A DNA stretch of 60,000 nucleotides from Camelus dromedarius (GCF_036321535.1 NC_087436.1:51834001-51894000); one strand, 5' to 3'; positions 38,515-51,877 are shown, counted from the stretch's first letter. The notes: a model not told the origin generated them from the sequence alone. Numbers and translations are program-made.

Positions 38515-38583
<69 letters not shown>
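38515..38583. repeat. (AAT)n microsatellite
   Basis: Perfect ataataata... run. Confidence 0.95.
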
Positions 38584-38585
<2 letters not shown>

Positions 38586-38617
38586 TTTACAGTGAAGACA
38601 AAGATACAATGAAGAAG

Positions 38618-38790
38618 AAACAATTTATTGAGTTTTATTATGTGCCAGGCACTCTTTTCAGTGCCTTGAACATCTTCACTTATTTAAGCTTCACAAAAAT
38701 TTTGGAAGACAGACTTAATTTTTAATCACATTTTTGATATGAGAAAACTGAGGACATACTGTAACTTGCCAAAGGTCACACAGCAGTTCC
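38618..38790 (-). mobile_element. MIR SINE
   Basis: atttattgag..tatgtgccaggcact...gaaaactgagg...aacttgccaaaggtcacacag. Confidence 0.7.
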
Positions 38791-38799
38791 TAAACCGTA

Positions 38800-41700
38800 G
38801 GTTTCTAAGCAGGGTTCCACCAACATGACTTGCACCTGCTTTCTGTCCTTTATGAGTATACCTTACCCCATTGTGTCTACTAATCATAAAAACTTTCTTT
38901 GTGAAAGTTCAAATGTATGTCTCTTTCTTCCAAAAATTACTATAGAGAATTGAGATATAACATATCACGCAGTCTCAAACTATACAACCTAGCCTGGCAT
39001 AAGCTTAAAATTTCACACTCTCTTTTCTTTACTCACTGACCTTTCATGCCTGGTCACCTTTCTTAAAATCCTGGATTCAGGATAAGGCCTTCCTTTGTGT
39101 CAGCTATGAAGATTCCTAATAAAGCCAAGTCTAGTCAATCTCCCTCCATGTTGGGCCAAACTCATCAAGGTCACTCCATCTAGCCTGCTTTTCTTGGCAC
39201 TTTTTTATATGATCTCTCCCTAGATTTTATCAGTGGCCTTGCAATCAAAAGTAGTCTACAGAACAGCAGCAGCAGCAGCATTATCTGGGAGCTTCTCAGA
39301 AATGTAGGTCCTTTAGTCCCACCAGAGACCTACAATTAATTCCGATACATATCATGTTTGAGAAACACTACTCCAGGACGTTGCCTGCCCTTTGATAAGT
39401 GGACCCAAGTCCCTAATGCAGTGGTTTTTAAACTGTAGTGGGCATCTGAATCACTCGAAGATTAAAACACACACTTCTGGATTCCCACCTGTAGAGTGTC
39501 TGATTCAGTAGGTCTGGGGGAGGGGAACCAAAAATTTATCAACAAGTTCCCAGATGCTGCTGCTGCTGCTAACTTGTGGGCCACACTTTGAAAACCACTG
39601 CTCTCAGTCTTCCTGCGTTTTCTCCTCTTCTGTATTCAAAACTTCTGTAGGAAGTTGTGAGTTGTCCCTATGTCACGTTAGAGAGAACATTCCCCCTTGG
39701 TGATTCAGACATGAAATTGTTCTATGCAGCTAGTGTCTGAGAAGAAACCACAGACTGATGAGAGCCAGCACACGTAGGGTGGGGAAGTGGGGATGGATTC
39801 TGAGATCCCTGCCCTGACCCTGATACCTAAATCACTGTTTCTTCTAACATGGTAGTTTCACAGGATAATTTTTTCTTCCATATTTAACTGAATGTTCAAA
39901 ATTACAAATAAGGTGGGGCAAAATACATTCTAAAGAATCTGGTATAGGAGCTTCTTAAATAATAATAATGTAATAAGGAAATTTAGCTAAGAAATCCATA
40001 GAACAATTCGAGGTTCATGGTATCCAAGGAGAATCTGGGTTTGGAAAAGAGAGAACAACTAGAGAATAATAAACCATTTGTCTGAGTCTTGACTGGGGTA
40101 ATGTATAGGGAGCTTCTCACTCCCAATTTATTTTAGTAATTGCTAGTTTGGAATTTTTAAAATGTGTAAAAGTAAAACTATAGGTTATCCTATACCAAAT
40201 CACTAAGAAAACATAAAAACAAATATATGTCAGTTTGTCACTGACATACAAGATTGAAAAATTTAAGGTGTGCAATTGTAGAATATTTCACAGAATGTTC
40301 AAGCTTTTACACATACAGCTGGTGATTTTCCAACGTGATAATCATTTATAACAGGGCTTCAGGGGGAATACAGAGAAATACCAATTACTAGTTCTTCCTT
40401 CCATTTCACAGAGGTTGTGAGAATTTAAAATAAAGGACAGGGACACTGAAAAATATAAGGATATATATGTATTTACAAAAGTTAACATGTTTTATTTCAG
40501 AGAACTGGTGCTTATTTGGAATAATCTGAGAAAAAATGAGATCTAGTAGTTTTAAAACCTATTTAGATTTTCAGTTTTCTATATCAAACACTATTGAAAA
40601 GCATTGAGCCATCAAGTGATGAAAGCCAGAGTTTTATAATAGACTTGAACAAGAATTACAGGATAATGATTGGTAACTCATCTCTGTAGTCATCTTTTGT
40701 ACACTTACAAATAATCAGGAGGAAGCAGTCCATAGTCATATCTCCCGGTCTATAAACGGTGTAAACTTTCGATCGCAGTGAAATTCTAAGCTAAAAGAGA
40801 TAAACCGCAGAAATCTCTTTTGGTATGAGAGGCATAATAATGGCAAATGAGTTTCTATATAACAAAATCCAGAAAGAAAGTTGCTTCTGGAGGGACAATC
40901 CAGACTTTACTCACAGAATGGCAAACTCACAGCCAGCAACAACCCAGATAAAGGACTAGGTAATTATTAGTTACCCTTCTCTAGACACTGGTTCACTGTT
41001 TCAAACAAGGGAAAAAATTCAAAAGCTGGTATTCTTAAAAGAAAATAAAAGAGTAAAATAATGATCTGGATATTGCACCAAATCACAAACAAAGACACAA
41101 TAGAAATGAAGTCCAACAACAGGAATCTGAGACCATGAAGGGGATGGCAGAACTGTTTAATGAGATTGGTCCTCAAAGATTAAAGTTTTCAACCTGCAAA
41201 AATGATACACTGGTATCAGATGGAAGGATTTGAAATGAGAAGTAAGTAAACACATAAAATAAAAAAAAGTTATTTTCCACAACGGGGAAATAAGTTAATA
41301 TTGCACTCTTAGAGTTAGAACAAGCTAAGAAAAAAAATGAAAACATTCTGAAAGATTTTTGATACCACCATGGGTAGCGGTCACAGTTACTTACTTTCTA
41401 AGCAAAAATGGGGGGAGAGAGATTTTTACCAGCGGTTCCTTAATCTCTGGAGTGAGGACAGCTGTGAATGACCTCCACGGTCTCCTAGGGCCTCACTTAC
41501 CAACAAAACATTAGGCTGGGTAGACCATGCTAACTATTTTGTTATCTTACTGGTCTTACTGTTCTGGAAAAGCAACCCTCTTTCCGATAAATTAAAGAAA
41601 AAATTCTCTTTCTGGATGCCACAGTCCTCCCCCGTCCTTTGGGTAATTTTGCCTGCCCCTTGTCTTGTTTGCCTCCTATCCTGCTCCTGGTCTTCCTTCT

Positions 41701-41925
41701 CTGCAGTCTTCTCACTACGCTTTATTTTCTGTGCCACTACAATGTGCTAGGCCTCTTTCTGTCACTCTGTCATTTCTCCTATCCTTAATTTCTTCCATCA
41801 CCAGTGTCCTAACCATACTGCATCTTTTCCTTTCTCAGGTTTTTTTTAACCCTGGCTATCTGATGTTTTGGAAACAGTCAGCTGGAGAAAAGTTGGGGAA
41901 AGGCAGACAAGAGGAAGATTCAAGG
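38800..41925 (+). pseudogene. CNGK-like repeat III
   Basis: S2 ~39035: TDLSCLVTFLKILDSG. S3 ~39195: GTFLYDL-SLDFI. S4 ~39670: HVREN. S5 ~40290: RMFKLLHIQLVIF. C-linker ~41005-41190: REKIQKLVFLKENK; ELFNEIGPQRLK. CNBD: FLP (~41424), SFG| (donor ~41643), RFIFCATTMC* (~41718). Confidence 0.6.
39255..39602. mobile_element. Two MER5-family elements
   Basis: gcagcattatctgggagctt..agaaatg; cagtggtttttaaactgtagtgggcatctgaatcac...ccacactttgaaaaccactg. Confidence 0.65.
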
Positions 41926-42104
41926 TGAGGAAGGAGCTTTGGAAATACATGCAACACCTGTTGTGTCTATAACTGTAGGACTGCAAGGACACAGAACTAT
42001 TGTATTTTCTCTCTATTCCCCCACTCAACACTATTCCATGTGTGTAGCCAAGTGCTTGGCCATGCCCCTTTAAATTTAGCAGGCTAGATAGATACTGAAA
42101 CAAA

Positions 42105-42295
42105 AAAGAATATAATAGATAAACAACAAGTTTCTTCTGTGTAGGACAGGGAAGTATATTCACTATTGTGTAGTAACCTGTAATGAAAAAGAATACGAAA
42201 AGGAATGTACGTATGTATATGTATGACTGAAACATAATGCTGTACACCAGAAATCAACACATTGTAAATTAAGTATATTTCAATTAAAAAAAATA
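42105..42295 (+). mobile_element. Young camelid L1 3' end
   Basis: tagataaacaacaagtttc...gtatgactgaaacataatgctgtacaccagaaatcaacacattgtaa. Confidence 0.8.
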
Positions 42296-42999
42296 ATATA
42301 ATGATCTGGAAAAAGTTATTAGAACACTCTTCCCTTTTCTAACTACATGTCTCTGTGAAACTAGATTTTCTTCATAGATTTCAATCAAATATTGCAACAC
42401 ATTGAATATAGAAACATATGAGAATCCAGCTCTTCTCTATGAAGTTAGACCTTAAAGAGATATACAAAAATATAAAACAATAACTCTCTTCTCATTATTT
42501 TTTGCTTTGGAAAATACAATTTTCATGAAAATATTTATGTGAAAATGTAATGGGTATATTGTGACTATTTTAAAATAAATTAATAAAAAATTTAAGTTCT
42601 TAGTTTTGATTTATAACATTGTAAATAATGATAGCCATAACCCACAAAAATAAAAGGTCTGAAGTCTTTAGTAATTTTCAATGGTGTAATTTCCTCATAA
42701 ATTATATTTTGTTATTTTAAAATACTATCGGATGAAAACAATAGTTTGTTCAGTATTATAGATTAATGCATTAAGCCATTTTCTTAACTGGGCAATATTT
42801 TATATTTCTCAGATGTGATCATCAGCTACTGAAAAACCTAGATGATGGGTTTGCATTGAAGGGTTTCAAGGTCTTTTTTTTTTTTTTTTTTTCAAAAATC
42901 TCGTGTATTGATGGTGAAAAAAAGCCCTCTTGAGGCAAATCTGTTAAGTCCTGGATAAACTTCTTTAACGTAAATGTTTGAGTTCACAAGTAACTAAAG

Positions 43000-45900
43000 G
43001 AAACCTCTACTGTCTCCTAAAGAAAGAGAAATTGAAACCCAGTGATAATCAGGCCCTGGCAGTTTGGCAGCCCTGGAGGCTTTGCTAGGCTGAGTAATCA
43101 AGAGGCTTGGCCTTTAAAGGCCACATGAAACCCTGGGCACCTGTGAGTTGATAAGTTGGAATGAAGATGACTCATACAACCACAACCCTTGAAGGACATC
43201 ATCCACTATGAAAGTGTGAACTTCATTAAAACCTCTCTACTTGAAAATGAATATGACAAAGAACTTTGTATTATCCTGGGCTCTGGGTTAAAAAAAACAA
43301 AAAAAACAAAAAAAAACAAAAAACAAAAACACCTCCCCTGAAACACTGTTTTCATAGGACTGCCTTAATAAGTTTAGGGATTTAAATTCACAGTTTTCAT
43401 GGTCTGGAAAATTAGTATGTAAAAAGTATTTCCCGAAGTGGTAATGGCTAAGCGTGGCAGATGTATACTTAAAACTGTTCTGTAAAGAGAAAACATCAAG
43501 CCATCCTTCCAAGAGTCTACCAGTAAAGTCAGCTGAACAGATTTCGCAGCTCAAAACTATAAAACATGAGGGGAAAAAAAATCCATAATGAGCCAAAGTC
43601 AACAAAAAACAAATGGCAGAAATACACTACTAACACCTTCACATGAAAGACTTATCAGGTATGTCATATAATCAGATTTAAAGAAGAGATTAAAAAAAAA
43701 GAAATTAAACATAAGGGAAACAAATTAGATATCAACCAAAAGGACCAGGCAGTTTGTAATAATAAACAAATAGAAAAGTGAGAAATGAAAAATGTAATGG
43801 GTGATTAAAAGAGGAGAGGCAAGGATGAGTTTAAAAAAACAGACTGGAAAGAACTCAATGGAGTATCTATTGAAGAAATTACTCAGAATGTAACACATAA
43901 GGAAAAATAGGAAGTGGGAAAGAGGAAAAAGTGTATGAAACATAAAATGGAAGGACCAGCATATATTTACTTGGGCATTATAGGAGAGAACAAAAGAACA
44001 GGGAAAGCCATTGTTCATGGCATGATAAAGAAAAAAAAAAAAACAAAAAACCAGAGACAAAGCACAAATTAAAAAGTCTTACATATTTAAAAGAGGCGGA
44101 ACTATACATATAGGAAATTAAATAATGATATATTTTTATGCCAATATATTGAAAACTTACACAAAATGGATAAATTGCTGGAAAAAATGTATGTCACCAG
44201 AGTTGTCTCAAGAAAACATAGACCTATAGGAGAACAAACTTATTAAAATTAAAGTAACTGAAAAAGTAGTTAAAAATCTACCAATGAAACACTAGTCACA
44301 TGATTTTACAGCAGAGTTCTTTCAAAAATTACATAAAAGAAAATCTTTACTCTATGCACTCTATTCCATATAATAAAAATAAGGGGGAAAAATCCCAATT
44401 AATTTTATGAGACTGATCAACTCTGATACCAAAACTAGACAAAAATAAAATAAAATCATAATTTAGCTCATTACAACGTAAATATAAAAATTCTTTTAAA
44501 AATAGCCAATTGAATCCAGAAGTAACACATTACTACATATACACAAACACACATATATTTGTGAACAATCATGACAAATCTGGATTTATCCCTGGAGTAC
44601 AAGTGTTTTAGCATTAGATAACCCATAAAATCCATCCATATAATAATTCTCTATGGTAATAATTTTAAAAAGAAAAACCATATAAATATCACAATAGATA
44701 GAAGAGCAAACATTTAATAAAATTCAATACACTATATGTGATAATAAACAAACTCTTAGCAAACCAGGAATAGGAGGAAATTTCCATAACTCAATAAACA
44801 GTATCTATCAAATTTTGCAGCCTACATGATATTGAATAGTGAAAACTAACGATTTTTTAAAAATCAGGAACAAGACAATAACATTTGCCTTCAGTGACTA
44901 TTTTGACATTTTCCCCCCAGGTTCTAGCCAATGTAATATAAAAACAAAATTCAAAACTAAGGCATACAAATTAAAAAGGAGAAACTACAATTGATCTCCT
45001 AAGAATTATGCGTTGTATTTTTAAAACGTTAAACATATATTTAAAAGTTACTAAAGTTACAAGAAAGTTTAGCAAAGCTGTTTGATAAAAATCAAGATAA
45101 AAAAGTAACCGCAAGTTTCTAACAGCGATAGAGCTGCTTGCATTGGACTAACCCTTCTGCTTAGAACAATAAGTTCCGGGAAAAAAATTAACTATCTTTT
45201 GGAGAGATGAAAAACAGAAAAATGTGGACAAACCTCAAACTTTGAAAGAAAGGCCCTTGCCTGGAACAAATTAGCATTTATTTATATGGATTTCTGCCTA
45301 AGGGAACGCCCTGATGCTCTCTAAGAAGCAGCTAGAACTAAATCAGAAAGCTGAACCTCCCATTGCTCTCCCTGAAGGAGCTGTCATTCCCCGGTCTTCA
45401 GGCTCCTTCACTATCGGAAAAATCTCAGCTCTACGATAGGTTTAGGAAAAGTTACGATTCTGTAGTTTTTCTAGAGTTTCCTGTTGTTGGGGTGAAAGCA
45501 GCACTCTTTCCCACTTGCCCCAAGCTCGGCAGAAGCAGAGCTCCCGCACGCCCACCCCACCCTTCAGCAAGGTCTTACCCCGGTTTCAGCAGGGCAGGTC
45601 TCGGGCCAGCTCCAACTTGACGCCGGATTTCAGGTGCTGGCAGCAAGACTTCCCACAGATATTTCCTTTTTTTCTAAATTTAATATCGTATTTTTCACAT
45701 TGCCCACCATTACTCATAGTGGCGACCTCGAAACTGGGCTCCCTGTGCGTCGCCCGCCGGGCCACCGGGCCGCCGAGCCGACGAGCGGAAGGGGCGGGCC
45801 CGCGTGGCGCCGCGCAGGGGCAGAGAAACTTCTGGGGCGTCCTTCGGCGGCCGCGGCGGGCGCCGCCGCTCTGCCGCTCCCGGACGTCACGCCCCGCTCG

Positions 45901-48900
45901 ACGTGTGAGGAGCCTTTTTTAAACCCTCAGGCGTGCTGATTTCGGAATCTGTATGGGGCTGCCAAATTATGCTGCGCAGCCGAGGGAACCATGAGGTCCT
46001 GTTGTTCTACGTCGCCCTGTGCTTGTCAGGGTGCCACCATCCCGAGCAGGAAGTCGGTATTTTCTTTTTCAGGTAAGGTCCATTCATGTTCATTGCTAGG
46101 CAGTATTTTGTTGCATGAATATGTCAGATTTTGCCCATTCTGTGTTTAGTAGACACTTGGGTTATTTCTGTTGGCTAATACAGAATAAAGTAGTCAACAG
46201 TATTTTTGAAAAGGTCGTTTAATGCATTCTGTGGGGTAGGAACCTTGATGTGAAATTGCTGGTCTTCAGGAATATGTACATTCAAGGTCAATGGATACTG
46301 CTAAATTCTTTTCCAAAGTCCTTATACCAGTCCTTTTTCAACCGTGTACGATAGACCCAGTTATTCCACATCTCTCCATTGCAAGGCTTTATGATACTTG
46401 ATAATTTTAAAACATTCTGGTGAGTATAAACAATTTGAATTTCCCTGATGATTAATGTGGTGAACATTCTCGTATGTACAATGGCCACTTGGTTTTTCTA
46501 AATTTTTAAAGTGCCTGTTAACATCTCTCATTCGGTATTCTATTCGTCTTTATTTTTCTTACCAATCGTATCTGTCAGCAAATATCTTCTCCCACTCTTT
46601 GTGTCACTAGCTTAAAGCTATCTATTCATGAACATCATTTTAATGTAATGCTACTTATCAACGTTTTTTGTGTCCTGTTTTTAAAATGTTTTTCTACACT
46701 CAAAATCCTCAAGAGATTTTCCCCTTCAAAATTCTTGGCTACTTTTAACCTTTTGCATTTCTGTGTAAATTTTGAACTCAGCTTGTTAAATTACACTTTA
46801 AAATATCTTTTGGCATTTTTATTGGCTGATTTTAAGATTTTTTTCTTCCTTTGATTATCAGGAAGTTTACTGGTGCTTCCACATGTGATATTCTTTATAT
46901 TTATCCTGCTCTCTCTCTTGTGATTCTTAAATATGTAGCTAGAGATGTTTCATCAACTTTGCAAAAATTTCAGCCTCTATCTCTTCAAATATTGATTCTT
47001 TCCCAATTTTCTCTCTTCTCCTTCCAGAGCATCAATTGCATATATGTTATGGCTTTTCACTGTCTCCATATGTCTCTTACCTGTGATTTTCCATATTTTT
47101 TCTCTTTGTGCTTCACTTTACCAATCTTCCTTTTATCCATGCTAACCAGCTTTAAACAATCTACTGAGTCCTCAATTTTAATTATTGCATATTTTAGTCC
47201 TAAATTTTTTTTAGCGTTCTTATTAACTTTCTGGTAAAATTCTTCATCTTCTCTTCCATGTTCCTAAATATCTTAATTTCAGTAAATTTGAAGCCACTGT
47301 ATAAAAACTCCAAAGCTATATGTATTTCCTGTGTGTTTATTTCTACTGTTCTTTTTTTAATCTGTTGGTTTCTGCTCATGAGAATTTATTTCTTAGTATA
47401 AATTTTATTTTTGTGCAGTATTTTAGTTGACTATACAGTACGTTTATTGAATGCAGGATTTTTTAATGAAAATTTCTAGAAATAATTTAAGGACCAGAAT
47501 GATGCTATCTTTATAAAGGATTTACTTTTGCTTCTATCAGTTAAGAAATGTGAGGCAGATTATCTTTATACAGTCTAGGTTTAAATTAAATTGAAGCTGA
47601 GCTTCAGTTTTGTAAATTCTGTTCTAATATTGTTAGCAGGCACTCATAAAGTGTGCCCATTCAGTCCTCCAATTAAAAGCCACAGTTTCTACCAGAGCCC
47701 CTTCTCCCTGAAAAACTCCTTGAAAAACTTATTTTTCTTCCCTCCCTCTCTCTCTACCTCAGCACTAAGACTGCTTAAAGCTTTGCTTAGTTTCTTGGCC
47801 TCTTGGTCTCCTCCCACCTGCTTTACCCTCCACTCTGCTTCTATTGTACTCATCTTCTTGGAATCTGGATAGATGCTTAATATTTGGCAAAAAGCTTTGC
47901 CAGATGTTGAGCTCATTTCAGTCCCTCTCTTCTCTCTCGTATCTTAGCCTCTTAGGTTCTCGTGACTTTCTGATTGCTTCCAGTTTCTATGGTTTTGTTT
48001 TATAGTTTTGTTGTATTACAGTAATAAGGACTTACAGTACTGTAGGAGAAGCTGGGGAACAAAGATCCAAAGGAAGAAATTGGAGAATCAAAGACAAGTC
48101 ACTGACTAGCTCTCCTGAAGCCAGGTGCCTCCATTTCTGGAGTAGAAACACAAAGAAATGCTGGTGAAAAGCCATTGCTTCTGGATCTGGTGCAGAGTTT
48201 AGAATCAGGACTGGTCATCAGGGCTAGCCATCATGAAGAGGAGCTAGGAGCTAAATATAGTGGGGGAAAGAAAGGAAACGGAGGAACCACAGACATTTCT
48301 GCATCTATTTCTTACCGTATCTAATTGTAAGAAACCTCAATGCAAAATGCCAGCTGCTTCACTTCTACCTTCTAAATCTCAAACTAATTTCTCTTTGGCC
48401 AACTATAACTGGAACCATACAGAGAAAGGGATTTTAGGAAATATAGGTCTAACCTAGCCAAGTTGACGTGGTACAAAACTGCCAGAGATATGACAAAAAA
48501 TTTACCCACAAGAAAACCAAGTAGACAGTAAACAGACTAGAAGATGTTAAACTTCACATTTACTCAGAGAAATGGAACTTGAAAACACAATGAGATACTC
48601 TTTCACATGAATCTGATTGGGTAAAATTGAAAGTGTTAATGAAAATCATATACTCCTGGCAGAGTACAAATTGGGTCAGCCACATTAACAAGCAATTTTG
48701 AATATCAAGTGTAATTGAAGTTGTGCATACCTTTTCACTGAGTCATTCTCTACTAGATACACACTATTCAAACGTGGACACAAAGAGAAGCTTACCAAAA
48801 TGCTCACAGTGGCATTGGTTTTAACAGAAGAGAAAAAAGAAAAAGAAAATTAAATGTCTATTAGTGGAATACTAGATAAACACCTATTTGTTCATAAGAC

Positions 48901-49270
48901 AAAAAAGACTTTTCAGTAGTTAAAAATGAAAAAATTAAAACTAAATGTACGAACATGAATAAATCTTAAAAAATAATATTGAAAAAGCAAGCTGCTAAAG
49001 AATATATAGAGTGTAATTGCATTTCTATACTTTTTTAAATATGCAAAATAATGCTAGTATTATATTTATGGAATTCATACTTACATAGCAGAAATATAAA
49101 ACATTGTGAAGAGGAGACCAAATTCAGAAGAATGCAATAAGTGAGAGTTCACAGGAGGCTTCAACTGTAGTTGTAATGATTTGTTTCTTGTGCTTGGTGT
49201 TGACTGCATAAATGCTTGTTTTATTCTCCCAATGCTTTTTTGTCTCTCCAAATTTATTTCTTAATCAATG
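43000..49270. mobile_element. Mosaic of old L1 fragments in both orientations surrounding the CpG island
   Basis: Plus-strand ORF2-like sequence 44100-45100, L1 5'-end-like sequence ~45110-45400, minus-strand L1 46100-48000 and plus-strand L1ME-like 3' end 48480-49270. Confidence 0.6.
45500..46072. promoter_or_regulatory. CpG island / candidate promoter
   Basis: Dense CpG and GC core ~45720-45940 in an otherwise CpG-depleted window. GC box GGGGCGGG 45791-45798, CRE-like GACGTCAC 45883-45890, ETS-like AGGAAGT ~46048, and plus-strand donor CAG|GTAAGG at 46073. Confidence 0.75.
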
Positions 49271-51084
49271 AAAAAAGAAACTTCATCTTGCCAACTGTAT
49301 TTCATCCTGCCTGCACATGAAAATAGTTAGTTATTCTTACTTACTCACTCCACAGGCCAGAGCATCTTCCAAACCTTAATTATTTTCCTTGTTTATTTAG
49401 ATTTTTTTCTCTGTCTTTATAAATTGTTAGGTATTTTTAAGGCATAGTTAATGCTGAGCTCTGTTTTTTTTATTCGATATTACTACCTCTGTGATTTTAC
49501 ACTATTAAATAACTTTGGTAACTTTGATATATTTTTCTCTACTGAGGTAGTGTCTTTTGGGGGAAATTGATTTAAATAAAAATAAAAGGGGTATTTACTT
49601 AAAAGAATTTAGAGGATTTATATCCTTTGTTAAAAGTTGAGAATATTTGCTCACTGGAATTCTAAGGTGGTAACCTGGAGGGCAGAACAACCTGGTAGGG
49701 CTGCTCCAATTGGGAGAACACATTGGAGAAAGGGGCCCATGACACAGATGGAGAAACAAATGGAGGCGTCTAGGCTTCAGAAGTGAGAAAAGGCATAAGC
49801 AAAATGGTAGAATGTTGTGGATTGTGTGAAATGGTCCTCCCTTGGAACCCCTCAAATACTCAGGAACTTCACAGAATCACAAAATGCTGACTGAGACTGA
49901 AATTTTGAGGAAAGAGTGAAAGAGGGGGTATTCACATCAGGGTCTGACATGACAGAGAACTAGAATAGCACACACGGACAAGATCTCAGAGGCACAGAAA
50001 GTTTGAGGAAACATAGCAGGGAAACACACAAACTTTAGAGAGAGCTTTAAACTGCTGCTACTAGACCTACAAGTAGAAAACTGGCCACGTGTATTCAGAT
50101 TTCCGAAGGATGGGGGCACCACTGTTGATCTCGCTATTATACTAAAGTATATTTAAAACAGCCTGGACTGTTTCCATTTCCTTCAATACAGTTTGTAAAT
50201 AAAATTGAGATGCAGTGCTGGTTTTCAGAAGAGTTGCTTCATAGCAGCCAAATAATACGTTTAATTGTTTATATTCTGCTTAGATCTTAGCTGAAGAAAA
50301 ATGGTATTATTTTCTTAGAGAAAAATGTGGATTAAAGACAAATTCACATAGTAATTTCATTTTTACATCTAAATATATAATGAGAATGGCTTGATGACTT
50401 TTGGCAAATAGACATACACTTTTGCCTCTCCCTTCAGGAAATGTAGGTGGTAATACTGTGTGATTCCTAATCAGGGCAACAATTTGTAAATAAAGTATGC
50501 AATTTACAAATTTACTTGAGAAGACTTTTTTATATTAAGCATTTTTTTAACCCTTCACATTTATAATATTTCAACAATAGTAAGCATGTATATTGATGAT
50601 CATTTTCATTGAAACAATTTCTTTATTTTCTTACATTCTTTCTTTGAACTATTAATCAATAAAAATAATTCTACTTTATTTTAAAGTTAAAAAAGTGCTT
50701 ATATTAGAAAAAGAACTAAGCCAGAGTTACAAAATAAGTAAAATTTCTTTGATTAAAAGAAGTAAAAACTGTACTATACTAAAAATATGATTTTCTTGTT
50801 ATTAAGTGGCTAAATTTCAGTGATTTTTGTTTCTATATGTAATATTTGTTCCTTTTCTTTGCTGATAGGAGAACTGTCTCAAACTATATTATGCCATTGG
50901 TGGTTTTCAGTGAGAGAAGAAAGCTGAACCTGAAATTTTTTTTAATGAGTCTTCTGCTAAGAAGTAGAAATGCTTATCTTCTATCAGAAGTTTCATGGAT
51001 GGCAAAAGTTAGAGCAAATCTCCTTAGTATTAAAAAGTGGAAGGCTCTGGAGTCAAAACTGTGATTCAAAACCACCGCTTAGGT

Positions 51085-51243
51085 AAAAATAAGCAACAGG
51101 AATATACGTATAGCACAGGGAATTATAGCCATTATCTTGTAATAACCTATAATGGAGTATAAAATACCAAAATCACTGAATCACTATGCTGTACACCTGA
51201 AACTAACATAATATTGTAAATCAACTATATTCAATTAAAAGAA
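51085..51243 (+). mobile_element. L1 3' end
   Basis: tagcacagggaattatagccattatcttgtaataacctataatgga...cacctgaaactaacataatattgtaaatcaactata. Confidence 0.75.
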
Positions 51244-51877
51244 AACATCACTTGGGTAAACTGCTTAACTTCATTGTGCCTCAATTTCTTTATCTCTAAC
51301 AGGAGAATACAACAATCCACCTCTCATAAGGCTGTTTGGACAACTGAATGAGATTAGGTATGTAGAACTTCCAACATAATGCTGGACATAGACTAAGACT
51401 CAATAATTGCTAGTTCTTATTATTGTTCTTAAGTGTTATAGGCTAAAAATGGCCATCACAGATGATGAAGGTTTAAGTATAAATATATATGAATATAAAT
51501 GTGTAGATATACATATATGTATATACATCTCACTGTTTATGTGAGGCAACCTGGGCCAATAGAAATAGCACTGGACAAGGCCCTGGCTGGCTTGCTGACC
51601 AGCTGCTTTGGTGACTCGGGGAATTCAGCTTCTCCACATCTCACTTATAAAATAAGAGTTTAGATGAAAAAAAATTTTTATGATTCTAATCCAGTCCTAA
51701 TAGTCAATGATTTTTTTTTCAGCATGCACCTGTAGTATCAAATAGTAATGTGTGAATTCATAGTTTAGAGAAGTTTTCTCAGGATAGAAAAATGAAAAGC
51801 TGAGAAGAGTTTCTCCTGCCAAATTCAATGAGCAACAGGAAGTCAACAATAGATTCTAATATAATTTTAAAAAGAGT

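Larger units (their letters stand above)
27395..51007 (+). pseudogene. Degenerate four-repeat cyclic nucleotide-gated channel pseudogene (CNGK-like architecture)
   Basis: Four successive S1-S6/C-linker/CNBD units on the same strand, detailed in the per-repeat features. Four tandem CNG-type units in one gene is the defining architecture of CNGK channels. Four separate tandem genes cannot be formally excluded by eye. Confidence 0.72.
42690..51007 (+). pseudogene. CNGK-like repeat IV
   Basis: S2 42794-42840: NILYFSDVIISY*KT. S3/S4 49280-49460: NFIL..SCL; LCLYKLLGIFK. S5 49643-49663: IFAHWNS vs IIIHWNA. Pore ~50143-50195: LKYI*NSL..SFNTV|. S6 ~50226-50300. CNBD exon 50869-51007: G|GELS......FSVRE, with AG acceptor and GT donor. 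Confidence 0.72.

Noticed and set aside
45363..45939. Three overlapping ORFs at the CpG island
   Set aside because: Expected by chance in GC-rich sequence; low-complexity R/A/P peptides with no recognisable family.
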